Origin: Octopus vulgaris
Lineage: Eukaryota
DNA: 64,000 nucleotides
Reading direction: 5' to 3'
Assembly: GCA_951406725.2 (NCBI GenBank)
Contig: OX597820.1
Location: 54,622,001-54,686,000, forward strand
Under the pieces are notes generated by a model. It made no database searches. It was given only the letters and a program-made list of their open reading frames with translations, and was not told where the DNA came from. Positions 24,421 through 37,451 of this stretch are shown piece by piece (position 1 is the first letter of the stretch; the number at the start of each line of letters is the position of its first letter). The position numbers were made by a program, and so were the translations under genes.

Positions 24421-26323
24421 ACCTGAACTAACTGGCGTCAAAAATACTTCATTAGAGACAATAAAAACTGCATGTATATTTAGCCTTAGTTGTAAAACTA
24501 ACATTCAATATGTAAGATTTATACTAACAAAATTATTTTCCTAATAATGGTGGATCGGTCATGAATTAGACAAGGGCTTTGACAGTGTAAGTAAATGGAA
24601 AGTGTGTAACGGGAAAGGTGTAGCAAAAGATGTTGAGGTAGCAGATGAAATAGGCATGTGGACGACATCAAGGTAAAACAATGGAAAAGCATCGGATTGT
24701 GGTTTAAATAATTTATTTAATCGACACTTGCATTTACTTGTTGTATACACCAAAAAATTCACTTCATGACACTACCAACGTGCTTCGAGTTGGCGAAGAA
24801 GAAATAAACAGGGGAAATACTCTGTCGATATGATGAGTTAGAACCCGTCGTATTTTGTGTCTGTGTGTGCGTTGGTTATTCGGTGGTGTCTGTTTATGTT
24901 CTGCGACTGCTACTGTGTTGTGCCATACATGCTGAATATGTGGTTCTATGTTGGCTGCTTGACTGACGCAAGTTACTTGCTGGCTGTCTCTTGACAGTTC
25001 GCCTGGTGATGGCTATCTGTCTCTGTCGTATGTCTGACTGTCGTATGTCGCATATTCATGATAGCTAGAAGGACAGATATACCACAAGAGTAATTTCTAT
25101 CTATGTAGGTCGCCTCCTGTCCACTTGAACCTTGAATGACACGAGTCAGGTCGTAGGTCGAAGGGAAATCCATCCATCACTTTTTGACAGGACAAAAAAT
25201 TTCTTTCGCGTCTGTTTGGCCAGTGGTGGATCAGACGAGCGAGAATCCTTAGATTCGATTTCGATTCGCAGCTCGGAAAAAGGAAGTGTTAGTTTTTACA
25301 ATGTATCGAGGATAACATTATCAGAAGTATCCTTCCCAATTTTTTTTTCTTATTCAGTTGTGCGATGGTTCTCCACCTTTTGCATTTCATCGAATAGTGT
25401 TTTACAAAAGCCTCCTCATATTCTACAATAAATAAATAACAGAAGATTGTTTAAGCAAACAGAAGTTAATTATTGTAACGCTTTATCATCCATGTTTTCT
25501 TAAACTGTCTGCTCAAGCATGTACTCCTTTTTTAGACATTTGGGTAGCCCAGCACCCCGTGCTAAATATTTTTAAAAAAGCGAAAATATATAATGAAACT
25601 ATATTTGACTTGGCACAACATCCGTCCTGTTTCTATCCAAATATATCTTTTGAAATTATCTTTAAAGTATAAATATCGTATTTAGTTCAAATATTTTATT
25701 TCTATAAGATAAAATCAAGAAAACTTCTAATCGATCAAGGGGCGTCAGAGAGTTCCCTTGACATTTATTACCCCCTTTATGAGCTTAAAACGTCTCAAAG
25801 AGAGTACTACTGCCCAGCCTAGAACCTACAACAGTAAGGTATGATTTGACTGTTATTTCTAGCATATCGAGTGACCAGCTAAGCGACCCCTAGTTTGCTG
25901 GCAAAAGTTTCGATCTGAACCTTGTTGGGAATAAAAATTGGCAGTGCGGAGCGATAAATTGATGCTGCAGTGTTCTGGTTATTAGACAAAAAAATATATA
26001 AAAATGAACTGGCAAATTATCAAAACCTAATCTACTAATTGACATGACGCTGAATTAACTGCGTTTTAATTACAATGTGTGAGATAACTTGGTAATAAAA
26101 CCGACATAGACTAGAGGTGGGGAGAGTATTTACACAAAGAGAGCGAGAGTGATATACATAAGAGAGAGAATGAGAGACGATTGACGTCTGGGGATTAATC
26201 AATGCGAATTGAGAGAAACAGAAAGTTGAAAGACACGTAGATGTCGAGTATAACAGACAGATATGAATCAATTCATTTGAATTAACACTATTATCAAATA
26301 TATTTCTCAAATTTTAATTATTA

Positions 26324-26830
26324 CCGTAAATCCTCGAGTATAGTCCGCCCTTGAGTATAATACGCAGGGGATTTTTAGGGGTCTGTACCTCTGAAAAACC
26401 TAAACCTTGTGTATAATACGCGCCTTTTCTCTATAGTCAAGGAGGTCTTTATAACGTCCTTGGTTTGTAAAAATGTATACGGTAACGTCCTTTATTATTA
26501 TTGTATATATTACATAATGCAAGCGTCTAGCTTTTTGTGCATTTTGTTCGCAGAAAATAAAGAAAGAACAGTAATAATGCTTAATAAATGTTGCTTACTG
26601 CAAGTTATGGATGATTCTTTTATGACTTCATTGCTTTCAGGCTTAGCTTAAGGTATTTTCGCGCCCGACATCACAAAATGCGTCTGAATAAACATTGCCG
26701 GACAGCAAATAGAGACTCGGACATTGCTTAGAAAATATTTTTCATTTTCAACCTCGTATATAGTACGCACTAGGGATTTTGACCTTTAAAATTTGGGGGG
26801 AAAATGCGGATTATACTCGAGGATTTACGG
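26324..26830. mobile_element. Tc1/pogo-like MITE (CCGTA TIRs, TA flanks)
   Basis: CCGTAAATCCTCGAGTATAGTCCGC ... GCGGATTATACTCGAGGATTTACGG; partial copy at 62252-62440. Confidence 0.85.
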
Positions 26831-26867
26831 TATATTGTGATTGTATTTCACAAAACACACACACGAC

Positions 26868-27530
26868 CAGTGGCGGCTCGTAGATAAAATTAGTTGGGGT
26901 ACTACTTCAGAAAATTTTTAGCCGTTGTTTTAATATTGTGTTAAAGAAACAAACATATAAAAAGAAAATTTATACATAAACTTGATCGGTTCGCGTTTTC
27001 GCCATTGCCGGGTAGTGTGCTTAATTTGCTCACTGAACATCGCCGCGAATTCCCCCTAAATCACAAAATAAGGGTGGAAATCTCTTTTTCAAATCCTGGT
27101 AGCAACACTGAAGCTGGAAGCAGGATAATAATCTAATTCTACACTTTATCATATTCAAGAATATAAACACGTTTTTAAGCTGAACACACGCGGAGTCAAA
27201 AAGAAACACTACCTTTCACCCGGCACTGCGTGAACGACAGTGTTGTCTCTCCGTAGTGTGAGGCTTCCTATCTCGGACATGTGAGCATGCACGCAACAGC
27301 CGAACAACGCGTCGCTGGAACTGCGAAGCCCGCAGTTTTATACAAGGATTTTTGTATTTTTTCATAAACTAGGGGATGGCTACTGACGTTAAGCTTAAGG
27401 ATTATATAATATACAAATATAAAGAAAGAATTAAAGAAAAGAGGACTCATTATATTAAGTGTTATCGATAATATCGAGTGGAAATGGAGGGTGCTACAGT
27501 TCCGCAATGCCTATATACGAGCCGCCACTG
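26868..27530. mobile_element. hAT-type MITE
   Basis: TIRs CAGTGGCGGCTCGTA / TACGAGCCGCCACTG; 8 bp TSD CACACGAC/CACACGAT. Confidence 0.88.
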
Positions 27531-28302
27531 CACACGATATATGTATTGTTTTACTTTGAGCCTTGAGGTATCTTTGAGCAATTGCCCGCCAGCCTCACGT
27601 GTCTGGAGGCATAATGCTAATCGTACGTATGATTTGATTGTATGATTCGGTTAACTGTCAGAATTGTTAGCACGCCGGGCAAAATCTTAGCGGTATTTCG
27701 TCCGTCTTCACGTCCTGATTTCAAATTCTGCCGAGGTCGACTTTGCCTTTCATCCTTTCAGGGTCGATAAAATAAGTACCAGTTGAACACTGGAATCGAT
27801 TTAATCGGCTTAGCCCCGCTCCAAAGCTGCTGGCCTTGTGTCAAAATTTAAAACCAATATGTAGGAGCCGCAGTGAATTGCTTTGCACGGAGGCTTGTGA
27901 TGCTTTTAAGACGACCCTGATTCCGACCCCAGGTCGTTGATGAATTCGTGGCGACTCCACCACGACTTACAGCATGATGGGAGCATTTAAGCCAGGTGAA
28001 AGCCATCTCTGTTCAAATTTGAACATAGTCAATTTCTTCCAACATAGAAAGGGAGAGAGAGAGAAAGGGAAGGAGAGAGAGAGACGGGCAGATAGAAAGA
28101 GAGGATAAACTAAATCAAATATAAAAAATAAAATATATTTTAAAATATATAATAAGTATACTTATTATATATTGTTTATTTATTTTTGTACTTTTTGTGA
28201 TCCAGTTATGTTTTTAAATATATCTTATTTTTTATTTATGATTTGGTTTATGTCTATCATTGTTTGTATTGCATAATAGTGGTTTTTCTCTAATTTGTAT
28301 AT

Positions 28303-28365
<63 letters not shown>

Positions 28366-29005
28366 TGCGGTAGAAAGGTCGCCCCGATTTCAAAGGTTAA
28401 TGAAAAACAATTGTGACAACCTTTCTGCCGCACCCTGTATATAATATATTTATGCTCTCCGATTCGCGGAGTGAAGACGGATATCATAGCTTGTCACAGC
28501 CTAACTGATTTATCGACCAGTAGGAAATGTGAATAAAATCATTTAAACAGTTATCGTGTCTTTTCTTTCTCTTTCCCCTTCCTTTATGGACTTTAATATT
28601 CTCTAAAATGAGATGACCACTATCGGACAACTGCTTGGTTAGAACTCACTTGAAAATAAGCAACAATAGTTACGAGAGATTCTAACATAATACGTAGTTG
28701 TATTTTTAATGTGTATTATGTAACAAAGGCACTTCAATAATATTTACTTATCTGCACTACCTTGCATGCAATAAGATAACCTATATATTATGATCGATCG
28801 ATCTGCTTTCCAGATCACTCCATACCATCTTAAACAAGGAGAGACATTATGGATAATCTATGCTACATATCCTTAAAACAGTGGGGTGATTACATACAAT
28901 GAGCTTATAATATGGGCTCCGATTTCAACATCAAGAATATAGTATGTGTAAGGTGGATATTACAGGTATACTCAAAAAGCAATGATTCTGAGAGTGTTTG
29001 TGTAT

Positions 29006-29256
29006 GCGAGCTGGCAGAAACGTTAGCGCGCAGGGCGAAATGCTTAGCGGTATTTCGTCTGTCGTTATGTTCTGAGTTCGAATTCCGCCGAGGTTGACTT
29101 TGTCTTTCATCCTTTCGGGGTCGATAAATAAAGTACCAGTTTCGCACTGGGGTCGATGTAATCGACTTAATCCCTTTGTCTGTCCTTGTTTGTCCCCTCT
29201 ATGTTTAGCCCCTTGTGGGTAGTAAAGAAATATATATGTATGCATGTGTGTGTAGT

Positions 29257-29328
<72 letters not shown>

Positions 29329-30075
29329 AGGCACATGGCTCAGTGGTTAGAACATCGAGCTCACAATCATAAGGTAATGAGTTCGATTCCCGGGGACCGG
29401 GCAGTGTGTTGTGTTCTTGAGCAAGACATTTTATTTCACATTGCTCCAATTCACTTAGCTGTAGTAATGAGTCGCAACGTCACTGGTGCCGGGCTGTATC
29501 GAAATTTGTCTTTCCCTTGGATAACATTGGTGGCGTAGAGAGGGGAGACGGATATGCATGGGCAACTGTTGGTCTTCCATAAACAACCTTGCATAGACTT
29601 GTATCTCGGAGGGGAACTTTCTAGGCGCATCCCTTGGACATTCATGACCAAAGGTGAGGTCAACATGTATGTTTGTGTGTGTATCTGTGTGTGTGTGTAT
29701 GTGTATGTGTGTGTGTGTGTATTATATATACGCACATATAAAATATATGATACATATACATGTGCATCATGTGAAGGCGCGGGGTCAGGGCATTTAGCTC
29801 ACGATCGTGAGTTCGATTCCCGGCGATGCGTTGTGTCCTTGAGCAAGACACTTTATTTCACGTTGCTCCAGTCCCCTCAGCTGGCAAAAATGAGTTGTAC
29901 CTGTATTTCAAAGGGCCAGCATTGTCACTTTATGTCACGCTGAACCTCTCTGAGAACTACGTTAAGGGTACATTGTGTCTGTGGATTGCTCAGCCACTTG
30001 CACGCTAATTTCACGAGCAAGCTGTTCCGTTGATCGTATCAGCTGGACCCTCGTCGTCGTAACTGACGGAGAACT
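29006..30075 (+). mobile_element. Cluster of three SINEs (family B 29006-29230; family C types 29328-29660 and 29775-30075) separated by microsatellites
   Basis: Heads and cores match other copies in the window. Confidence 0.8.
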
Positions 30076-30512
30076 CCTATTACATGTGCATGCATTCATA
30101 CATATGTATATGCATATATATACATATATACATGCAGATACATGTACGTGTGCGTGCGTGCGCGCGTGTGTGAGTGAGTGAGTGAGTGAGTGTGTGTGTA
30201 CTGCTTGTACTTCGTAGCGAGTCGACTAACGAACTCAGAGAACGTTAAAACATTAAAACAGGCATGTGTAAGTGGGCGTTTGCGCAAGGAGTTTGTATAA
30301 ATATAGAGAACATACTCTCTATGTGCGCAAAATGCAAGTGGGTCTGCATCACATGTAACATATAGGCAAATCTGAAGGACGGATATGCCTTCGTGCAAGT
30401 GAGTCTGAAGAAAGTTCACTACATGCAACCTAACAAAAAAAATGTCACACGCGTAATAGTTACTGAAGCTGCAACGTGTATGCATAATAAACGTTATATG
30501 TGTAAGTATAGC

Positions 30513-30812
30513 CTGTTGTGTCTGGGGAAAGTCATTTTCTTTTTGTGCCTTATAATTTAATACACTCACCGGTAAAATTTTCACTTATTTCTTATTTTTA
30601 TTTTCCTAAAATTTTCGTTGCGTCTTGCAACTTTTTCAATAGTCTTGAAGGAATCTATACGTAGTTGCTTGATGTGCTAAAAATTTTACCAGTGAGTGTG
30701 TTAAATTATAAGGCACAAAAAGAAAATGACTCTCCCCAGACACAACAGAATATGCTTCAATACACGAACTCACATAAAGAATCTTGCAAACCAAATCCAA
30801 AAACGAAATGCA
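30513..30812. mobile_element. Penelope-like terminal element with inverted arms (30513-30581 / 30680-30748) plus a tail
   Basis: Arms are directly visible; a second copy with the same layout is at 52061-52318. Confidence 0.65.
30606..30642 (-). ncRNA. Hammerhead-like motif with U3:A8 compensatory core
   Basis: Minus strand reads CTA-TTGAAAA-A-GTTGC(AAGAC)GCAAC-GAA-AATT-T-TAG. Confidence 0.45.
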
Positions 30813-31819
30813 AGTATAACGTTATATACATGCATGTATATTTATCTTTCTTTTCTTTTCTTTTCTTTTACTTGTTTCAGTCATTTGACTGCGGCCATGC
30901 TGGAGCACCGCCTTTAGTCGAGCAAATCGACCCCGGGACTTATTCTTTGTAAGCCCAGTACTTATTCTATCGGTCTCTTTTGCCGAACCGCTAAGTGACG
31001 GGGACAGGCAGTACACACACACTCACTCACTCACACACGCGCGCACGCACACGCACATATATCTGCATGTATATATTAACTTTTTAGTATAGATGTGTAA
31101 AAGTTTATAATTCCCGGAGATGTTCTCTGGTGAAAAGTGGGCCGGTTTATAAAGTAAAACATTGTACATGCTGCAAAAGGTTTTGGCAGCTATGTTGAGC
31201 ATGTGAGTTCGCGGTATTTTTTTTTTTTTTTTTTTTTTACTAGGGCTGATACTTCCTCTTTTCTTGCCCTACCTATTGCAACGATCGACGACTACCAGTT
31301 ACACTACTGGTTCTGGGTAACGTCGATAGCTGCATTGATGAGTCGTAGCACAGCCAATCTCAGCTTCACTGCAAGCCTGGCAGCTACCGCCGACAATGCC
31401 AGTTGCTAAGCTTGTAATGATTCATCGATGTTTGTTCATTTAATATCGGTCTAATTTACTGATTGGTTAGAAAAAAAAATTATGTAGTAAGCTCGTATTT
31501 GTGCCGAAATGATGCACCACTTAACTGGTCCAAAACGTTAACTGATTGATCGAGAAAGCTGCATAATCAGCTCTCGTCTTTTAAATAGTACAATTGTTTT
31601 TGTTATTGCTATTGTTGTTCGAACCTGGATCAACCGTGACAATCTCCCCTTTTTTTCTTCTTTTTGGGGAACTGTGTATCTAAGTGTACATTATTCAGCA
31701 TATTAGACACTACATTGTTCAATGTGTTATTCCTTTTTTTAAGATAGTACAGTGTTACTTAACTGCTATTTCTAGCACATCAAGCAGTTACGTATAGATT
31801 CCTTCTTTGCATCGTATAA

Positions 31820-33102
31820 CTGGTACTTATTTCATCGATCCCGAGAGGATAAAAGGCAAAGTCGACCCCGATGGAATTTGAACCCAGAAAGCGAAGCCAT
31901 GAGAAATGTTGCTAAACATTTTGTCCGACGCACTAATAATTCTACCAGCTTGCCGTCTTAAAGAATCCTTTCTATTTATAGGCACGATGGATGGGATTGG
32001 GGTGGGGCGGGACTTGTTGATTACTTCGACTCCAGTCTTCAAGCGGTACTTATTTTATCGACCCTCAAATGGTGAAAGGTAAAATCGACCTTGGCAGAAT
32101 TTGAACTCAGAATGAAGAGATGGACGAAATGCCGTTAAACATTCTGCCGGGCGTGCTCGCCGCCTTGAGCTCTTAATATTGGTTTCAAATTTTGGCACAA
32201 GGCAGTAAGTTCTGGGAACAGGGAAGTCTATTACTTTGACTTATTTTATCGACCCAAGAAGGGTGAAAGGCAAAGTCGACCTCGGCAGAATCTGAACTCA
32301 AAGCACAAAGGCGGACGAAATGCCGCTATGCATTTTGCCCGGCGCGCTAACGATTCTGCCAGCTCACCGCTTTAAGCCCTTAATCTTGATAATCCTTCCT
32401 GTTATAGGCACAAGGCCTGAAATTTGGGGAAGGGAGATAGTCGATTACATCGATCCCAGTACTCAACTGGTACTTAATTTATCGACCCCGAAAGGATGAA
32501 AGGCAAAGTCGACCTCGGCGGAATTTGAACTCAGAACGCAACAGCAGACGAAATACCTATTTCTTTACTACCCACAAGGGGCAAAACATAGAGAGGACAA
32601 ACAAACGGATTAAGTCGATTATATCGACTCCAGTGCGTAACTGGTATTTATTTAATCGACCCCGAAAGGATAAAAGGCAAAGTCGACCTCGGCGGAATTT
32701 GAACTCAGAACGCAACAGCAGACGAAAGGGTCGGCGAGCTGGCTGAATCGTTACCATACCGGGCAAAGGGCTTAGCGATATTTCGTCCGTCTTCACGTTC
32801 TAAGTTCAAATTCCACTGAGGTCGACTAAGCCTTTCATCCTTCCATGGTCGATAAAATAAGTAGTTGTTGAACACTGAGGTCTTCACTCCTCCGAGCGCG
32901 GTCCCAGGAATTTTTCGAAAGGAGGGCACAAGGTCAGACGGGAATACAATTCCAGAAGAAAAGGGCGTAATAACATTATTTAGAAGGGGGTACACTTCTT
33001 TTCTTGAGGGGGGGGGCACGTGCCCCCTCAGGATCCCCTCCTCTTGGGTCCACCCCTGCCCTCCCCGAAATTGCTGGCCTTGTACCAAAATTTGAAACCA
33101 AT
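31820..33102. mobile_element. Dense stack of nested/tandem SINE family B copies (mostly -, last one +)
   Basis: Repeated CGACCCCGAAAGGAT.AAAGGCAAAGTCGACCTCGGCGGAATTTGAACTCAGAAC units. Confidence 0.85.
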
Positions 33103-34745
33103 ATTACGTAAGATTACATGAAGCGACAGCCAGTGTATTTTTTTGACGTAAGCGAAATTGTGATTTTTCCCGTCTATTTATAGAAATTATTATCGAGTTT
33201 ATATTTGCCGAGGAGAGATAAATGGCGATAGACATCAAGTAGACTGGGATGTATTGACAGAGGAAGTCACGAGAATTACTGACGTAAAAAGAGAGAGGCG
33301 CAGAGAGAGAAAGAGAGGGGGAAAGAGAGGAGAGAAGAACTATAGTTTCTTACAGTCGTTCTCGTAGCCGTTGACGCTGTTGTAACAAATACAAACATGT
33401 AGTGGCATTCGTTTTTGTGTTGATGTGGGGATGGTTAAGTATTACTGCTGGTTATGTGTATTTTTTTTTTTTTTAGTTTGTTGTTCGGTCTTTGTATTAA
33501 TCAGAACGTACTGCGTGAACTAAAACTGACCCGTTCACTTCGTTTACACTCAGTGCAAATGTCATGACATGGCGAGAATTCATAGCAAATAAAATGTGGA
33601 TTTTGACAAAGAAAATGTGGATTTGATCCGACCACAAAGCAGAAACTTTTTGTTGTAAGAGTTGTTTTGTCTTTGGTTTTGGTTGTCTTCTTCTTACTTG
33701 TTTTTCCTCCGTTTTTTTTTTTGTTTGTTTTTTTTTGAGGGGTGGGGTACTCGTTTCAGTCTTTAGACTACGGCTATGCTGGGGCACAGCCATGAAAGGT
33801 GTTAGTCGAACAAATTGACACCAGTACGTAATTCTTCGAGTCTGAGTCTGGTGCTTATTCTATCGGTTTTTTTGATGAACTGATAACTTGCGGGGACGTA
33901 ACCAAACCAACACTGGTTGTCAAAGGCCATGGAGGACATCACAGACACTAAGACATATACATACATACATACATACATAGGTATGCACGTACGTGTGTGT
34001 GTGAGAGAGAGAAAGAGAGAGAGAGAGAGAGAATAAGGAATAGCTTTCGAATTCCTAAGTCAGGATTCGAAACCGAATCTACATTTTTCTACACGTTTTC
34101 TGCCTCCTGTTTTCGCCTGTTGCACTAGGAAATTTATAAAAGTAAATTGGCCTCAACCTTTTCGAGACATGCATGGGTCAAAACTGATACACTGTTTAAC
34201 CTGACCTGCTTCAGTTAGAGAAAATACAAATGCGTAACGAAAAATCGGTTCTCTATCTTTGGTCCCTTGGCCTCTCTGATTAGAGAGCATCCCTCTTCTT
34301 TCTTCTTTATCCCGACGCCAATGGAGGAAGCACCTTTATGCGAGGGACAACACAGCTCTGACTTTTTTCTATCTGCCTTCATTCTTTTGCTCTTTCTCTC
34401 TCTCCGGGAGAGACCTACAGATGAAATTTATCAACGGAGTGGACTAAAATAATTTGTGTTCCTCAACTCAGACAACTCGAAGTAGTTGTAATTTACATTG
34501 TAACGATGACGATAATAAATAAAGAGCCATTTCAACTAAGAATTAAAATATCTTTCACTCATTTATTCGGTACATAATATCGTAACACATAATCATTATA
34601 ATTGGTGACCTTTGATGTTTATTAACTATTAAAATTAGATCTTACAACTCTAACTGTTACGAAATTGGTGACTTCCAACGTTCATTGATCGTTACACTTA
34701 CCAGTTTTACACAAACACACACACACACACACACGTGTGTGTGTG

Positions 34746-35050
34746 GAGGCGCAAAGGCCCAGTGGTTAGGGCAGCGGACTCGCGGTCGCAGGATCGCGGT
34801 TCGATTTCCTGACCGGGCGTTGTGAGTGATTATTGAGCGAAAACACCTAAAGCTCCACGAGGCTCCGGCAGGGGGTGGTGGTGATCCCTGCTGTACTCTT
34901 TCGCCACAACTTTCCCTCACTCTGTCTTCCGTTAGCCTGCTCGCTTAGCCAGCGGGGTAGCGTCATTTGAAGGCTAAAACAATGCGAAGCGCATTGTGAC
35001 CAGCGATGTGTAGCAACATCTGATAGCCTGGTCGGTCACGGTGATCACGA
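34746..35050 (+). mobile_element. tRNA-derived SINE, family C-type
   Basis: Head GGCCCAGTGGTTAGGGCAGCGGACTCGCGG..GGTTCGATT; tail shared with 54852-55110. Confidence 0.8.
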
Positions 35051-35092
<42 letters not shown>

Positions 35093-36135
35093 AGTAAATA
35101 AAACTTAACCTAATTATTATGTTGTTTTTCCATCCATTACTCCATTTTGGTCACCCATTATCATCCCCACTTTTCTTTAGCCACCCCATTCCCCCACTGG
35201 GTCTTCCTACCGCCCCTAGAAAGAACAGTACCTATTTCTTTACTACCCACAAGGGGCTAAACACAGAGAGGACAAACAAGGACAGACAAACGGATTAAGC
35301 CGATTATATCGACCCCAGTGCGTAACTGGTACTTATTTAATCGACCCCGAAAGGATGAAAGGCAAAGTCGACCTCAGCGGAATATGAACTCAGAACGTAA
35401 CGGCAGACGAAGTACTGCAAAGCATTGTGCCCGGCGTGCTAACGTTTCTGCCAGCTCGCTCGCCGCAGAAAGAGCAGTACCGACCACTTGGGAAACCACT
35501 GAGATAGAGAATGAATAAGCGTGCGCTTGTATGTGTGTGTGTGTGTACACGGCGGGCTTCCACACAGTTTCCGACTACCAAATTCGCTCACACGGTGTTG
35601 GTCGACCCAGGGACATAATAGCAAAAGACAGTTGCCCGGTGTGCCGCACAGTGGGGCTGAACCTGAAACTGTGTGTTATGCATAAATGTTTATTATTTAA
35701 TCACACCACGGACGAACACTGCCTGCAAATTAGTCTAGCCATATTACAACTAACTTCTGGTTTGTGCTTGCTTTAAATAGCGATTTACTCCAAATTTTTT
35801 TCGTAGGCAGAACGATGAGTAGGATACTTGAGTTGTGTTGATTGATCAACGAACCTTGAGTCAATTTCCTTTATTTTTCTGTATGCGAAGAAAATAACAA
35901 AATGATTTGCACCCGTTAAAGTTTCGCAATATGCAAAGAAAAAAAAAAGAGAGAGAGAAAACTATAGTCTAACTACTTCAAATTTATCTCAAATTGTTAA
36001 AGAAATTAAATAATAGCTGAATGTTATGAATACCTACAGACTGACTTCTCCAAACTTCTTAACAGCTTAATAAACAATCACAAATATATGAAGCAATTAA
36101 TTGGACAGCTGAAAAAAATACAAAAACTATAGCCG

Positions 36136-36507
36136 ACTAGCAGTATCGCCCGGCGTTGCTCGGGTTTGTAAGGGAAATAACTATAAAGCATTTTTAGAGA
36201 GTTATAGCCAAAAAATGGAAAAAAAATTATGGTAATTTTTTTTTAGTTAAAAAGGTCGAGTTGCGTCCCCTAGACAGTCTGTGGTTTGTGTTTCTGATTC
36301 TCGACCCCATGTCGAATTTATCGATTTTTTTCAGAACTGGGGGAACTTTTCAAAATTTTCGCTGCGTTAGTTTTGAATTATGACATTGGGCTATGTGTAT
36401 GTCAAGTTTCATCAGAATTGGTTGAAAGCCGTGGTCAGGGTGAGGGTACAACCTAACAGACACACAGACACACACACAGACAAACTGCCGTTTATATATA
36501 GAGAGAT
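36136..36507 (+). mobile_element. Non-autonomous Helentron/HINE (DINE-1-like) element
   Basis: Starts ACTAGCAG..CGCCCGGCGTTGCTCGGG; contains AAGTTTCATCAGAATTGG, an (ACAG/AC)n tract and a TTTATATATAGAGAGAT end; a similar 3' part is at 63060-63330. Confidence 0.6.
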
Positions 36508-36916
36508 TAAGCCATGTGTGTGTACGTGTGCGTATGTGCGTGCATGCGTACGTACGTGTATGTATATGTTTGTGTGAGTGTATGTGTTTGCGTGCGTGTG
36601 TGTGTGTGTGCGCGCATTCTGTCAATGCACAGATACATTTCGAACCTTTACAAAAAAAAAATGATGTGTATCTGTTGAATTATGTCTGATTTTTAAAGGC
36701 TACAAAAACATCTTTTGACATCAAATGGAAAATTTTATATCTTGTAAAAGTATAAGGCCTAACCTCAAGGCGCATGGCCAACTCAAGATCATATAGTCGT
36801 GAGTTCAATTCCTGGACTGGGATGTGCTCTGTGTCCTTGAGCACGGTACATGATTTCATGTTGCTCCAATCAATTCGGCCGAAAACTAGCCCTAGCCAAT
36901 TGCTTGTACTCATTGC

Positions 36917-36977
<61 letters not shown>

Positions 36978-37293
36978 CTCTCTCTATCTATCTATCTATC
37001 TATCTATCCGAAATCATCATAGTTACAGACTTCGATATACACAGCTCCATGATATTATGGCCTTCTCACACCGAGCTACTGTCGCAGTTCCCGAATCGTT
37101 TATATTTTGTACTGACTGCATAAATTATTAACTGGTGCTACCTACCCGTGTTCCTGACATACACCCGACACACCAAATACCTTTTGTCTATTTTCCACCT
37201 CCAAATTCAGCCTTTAAACACACCTCACTGTCTCCGTTCCTGCAGTCCCCAATCTGAATCGCATTGTCACCCTTTCGATGAAATTCACAGCTT

Positions 37294-37325
<32 letters not shown>

Positions 37326-37451
37326 TTAGCGTCCGCTTTCCATGCTAGCATGGGTTGGACGGTTCAACTGGGGTCTGGGAAGCCTGAAGGCTGCACCAGG
37401 CCCAGTCTGATCTGGCAGTGTTTCTACGGCTGGATGCCCTTCCTAACGCCA
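37294..37451 (-). mobile_element. RTE-type LINE/SINE 3' tail ending in (TGA)n
   Basis: ..CCATGCTAGCATGGAAAGCGGACG.TAAA(TGA)n; copies at 49065, 49491, 53470, 53860, 58080-58550. Confidence 0.65.

Noticed and set aside
24765-25430. Moderately GC-rich unique stretch with short ORFs
   Set aside because: No recognisable domain, splice pattern or terminal repeats; probably an old TE fragment that I cannot classify
31820-32730. Regularly recurring repeat resembling a CRISPR-like array
   Set aside because: The units are long SINE fragments with irregular spacing; eukaryotic context and no cas genes
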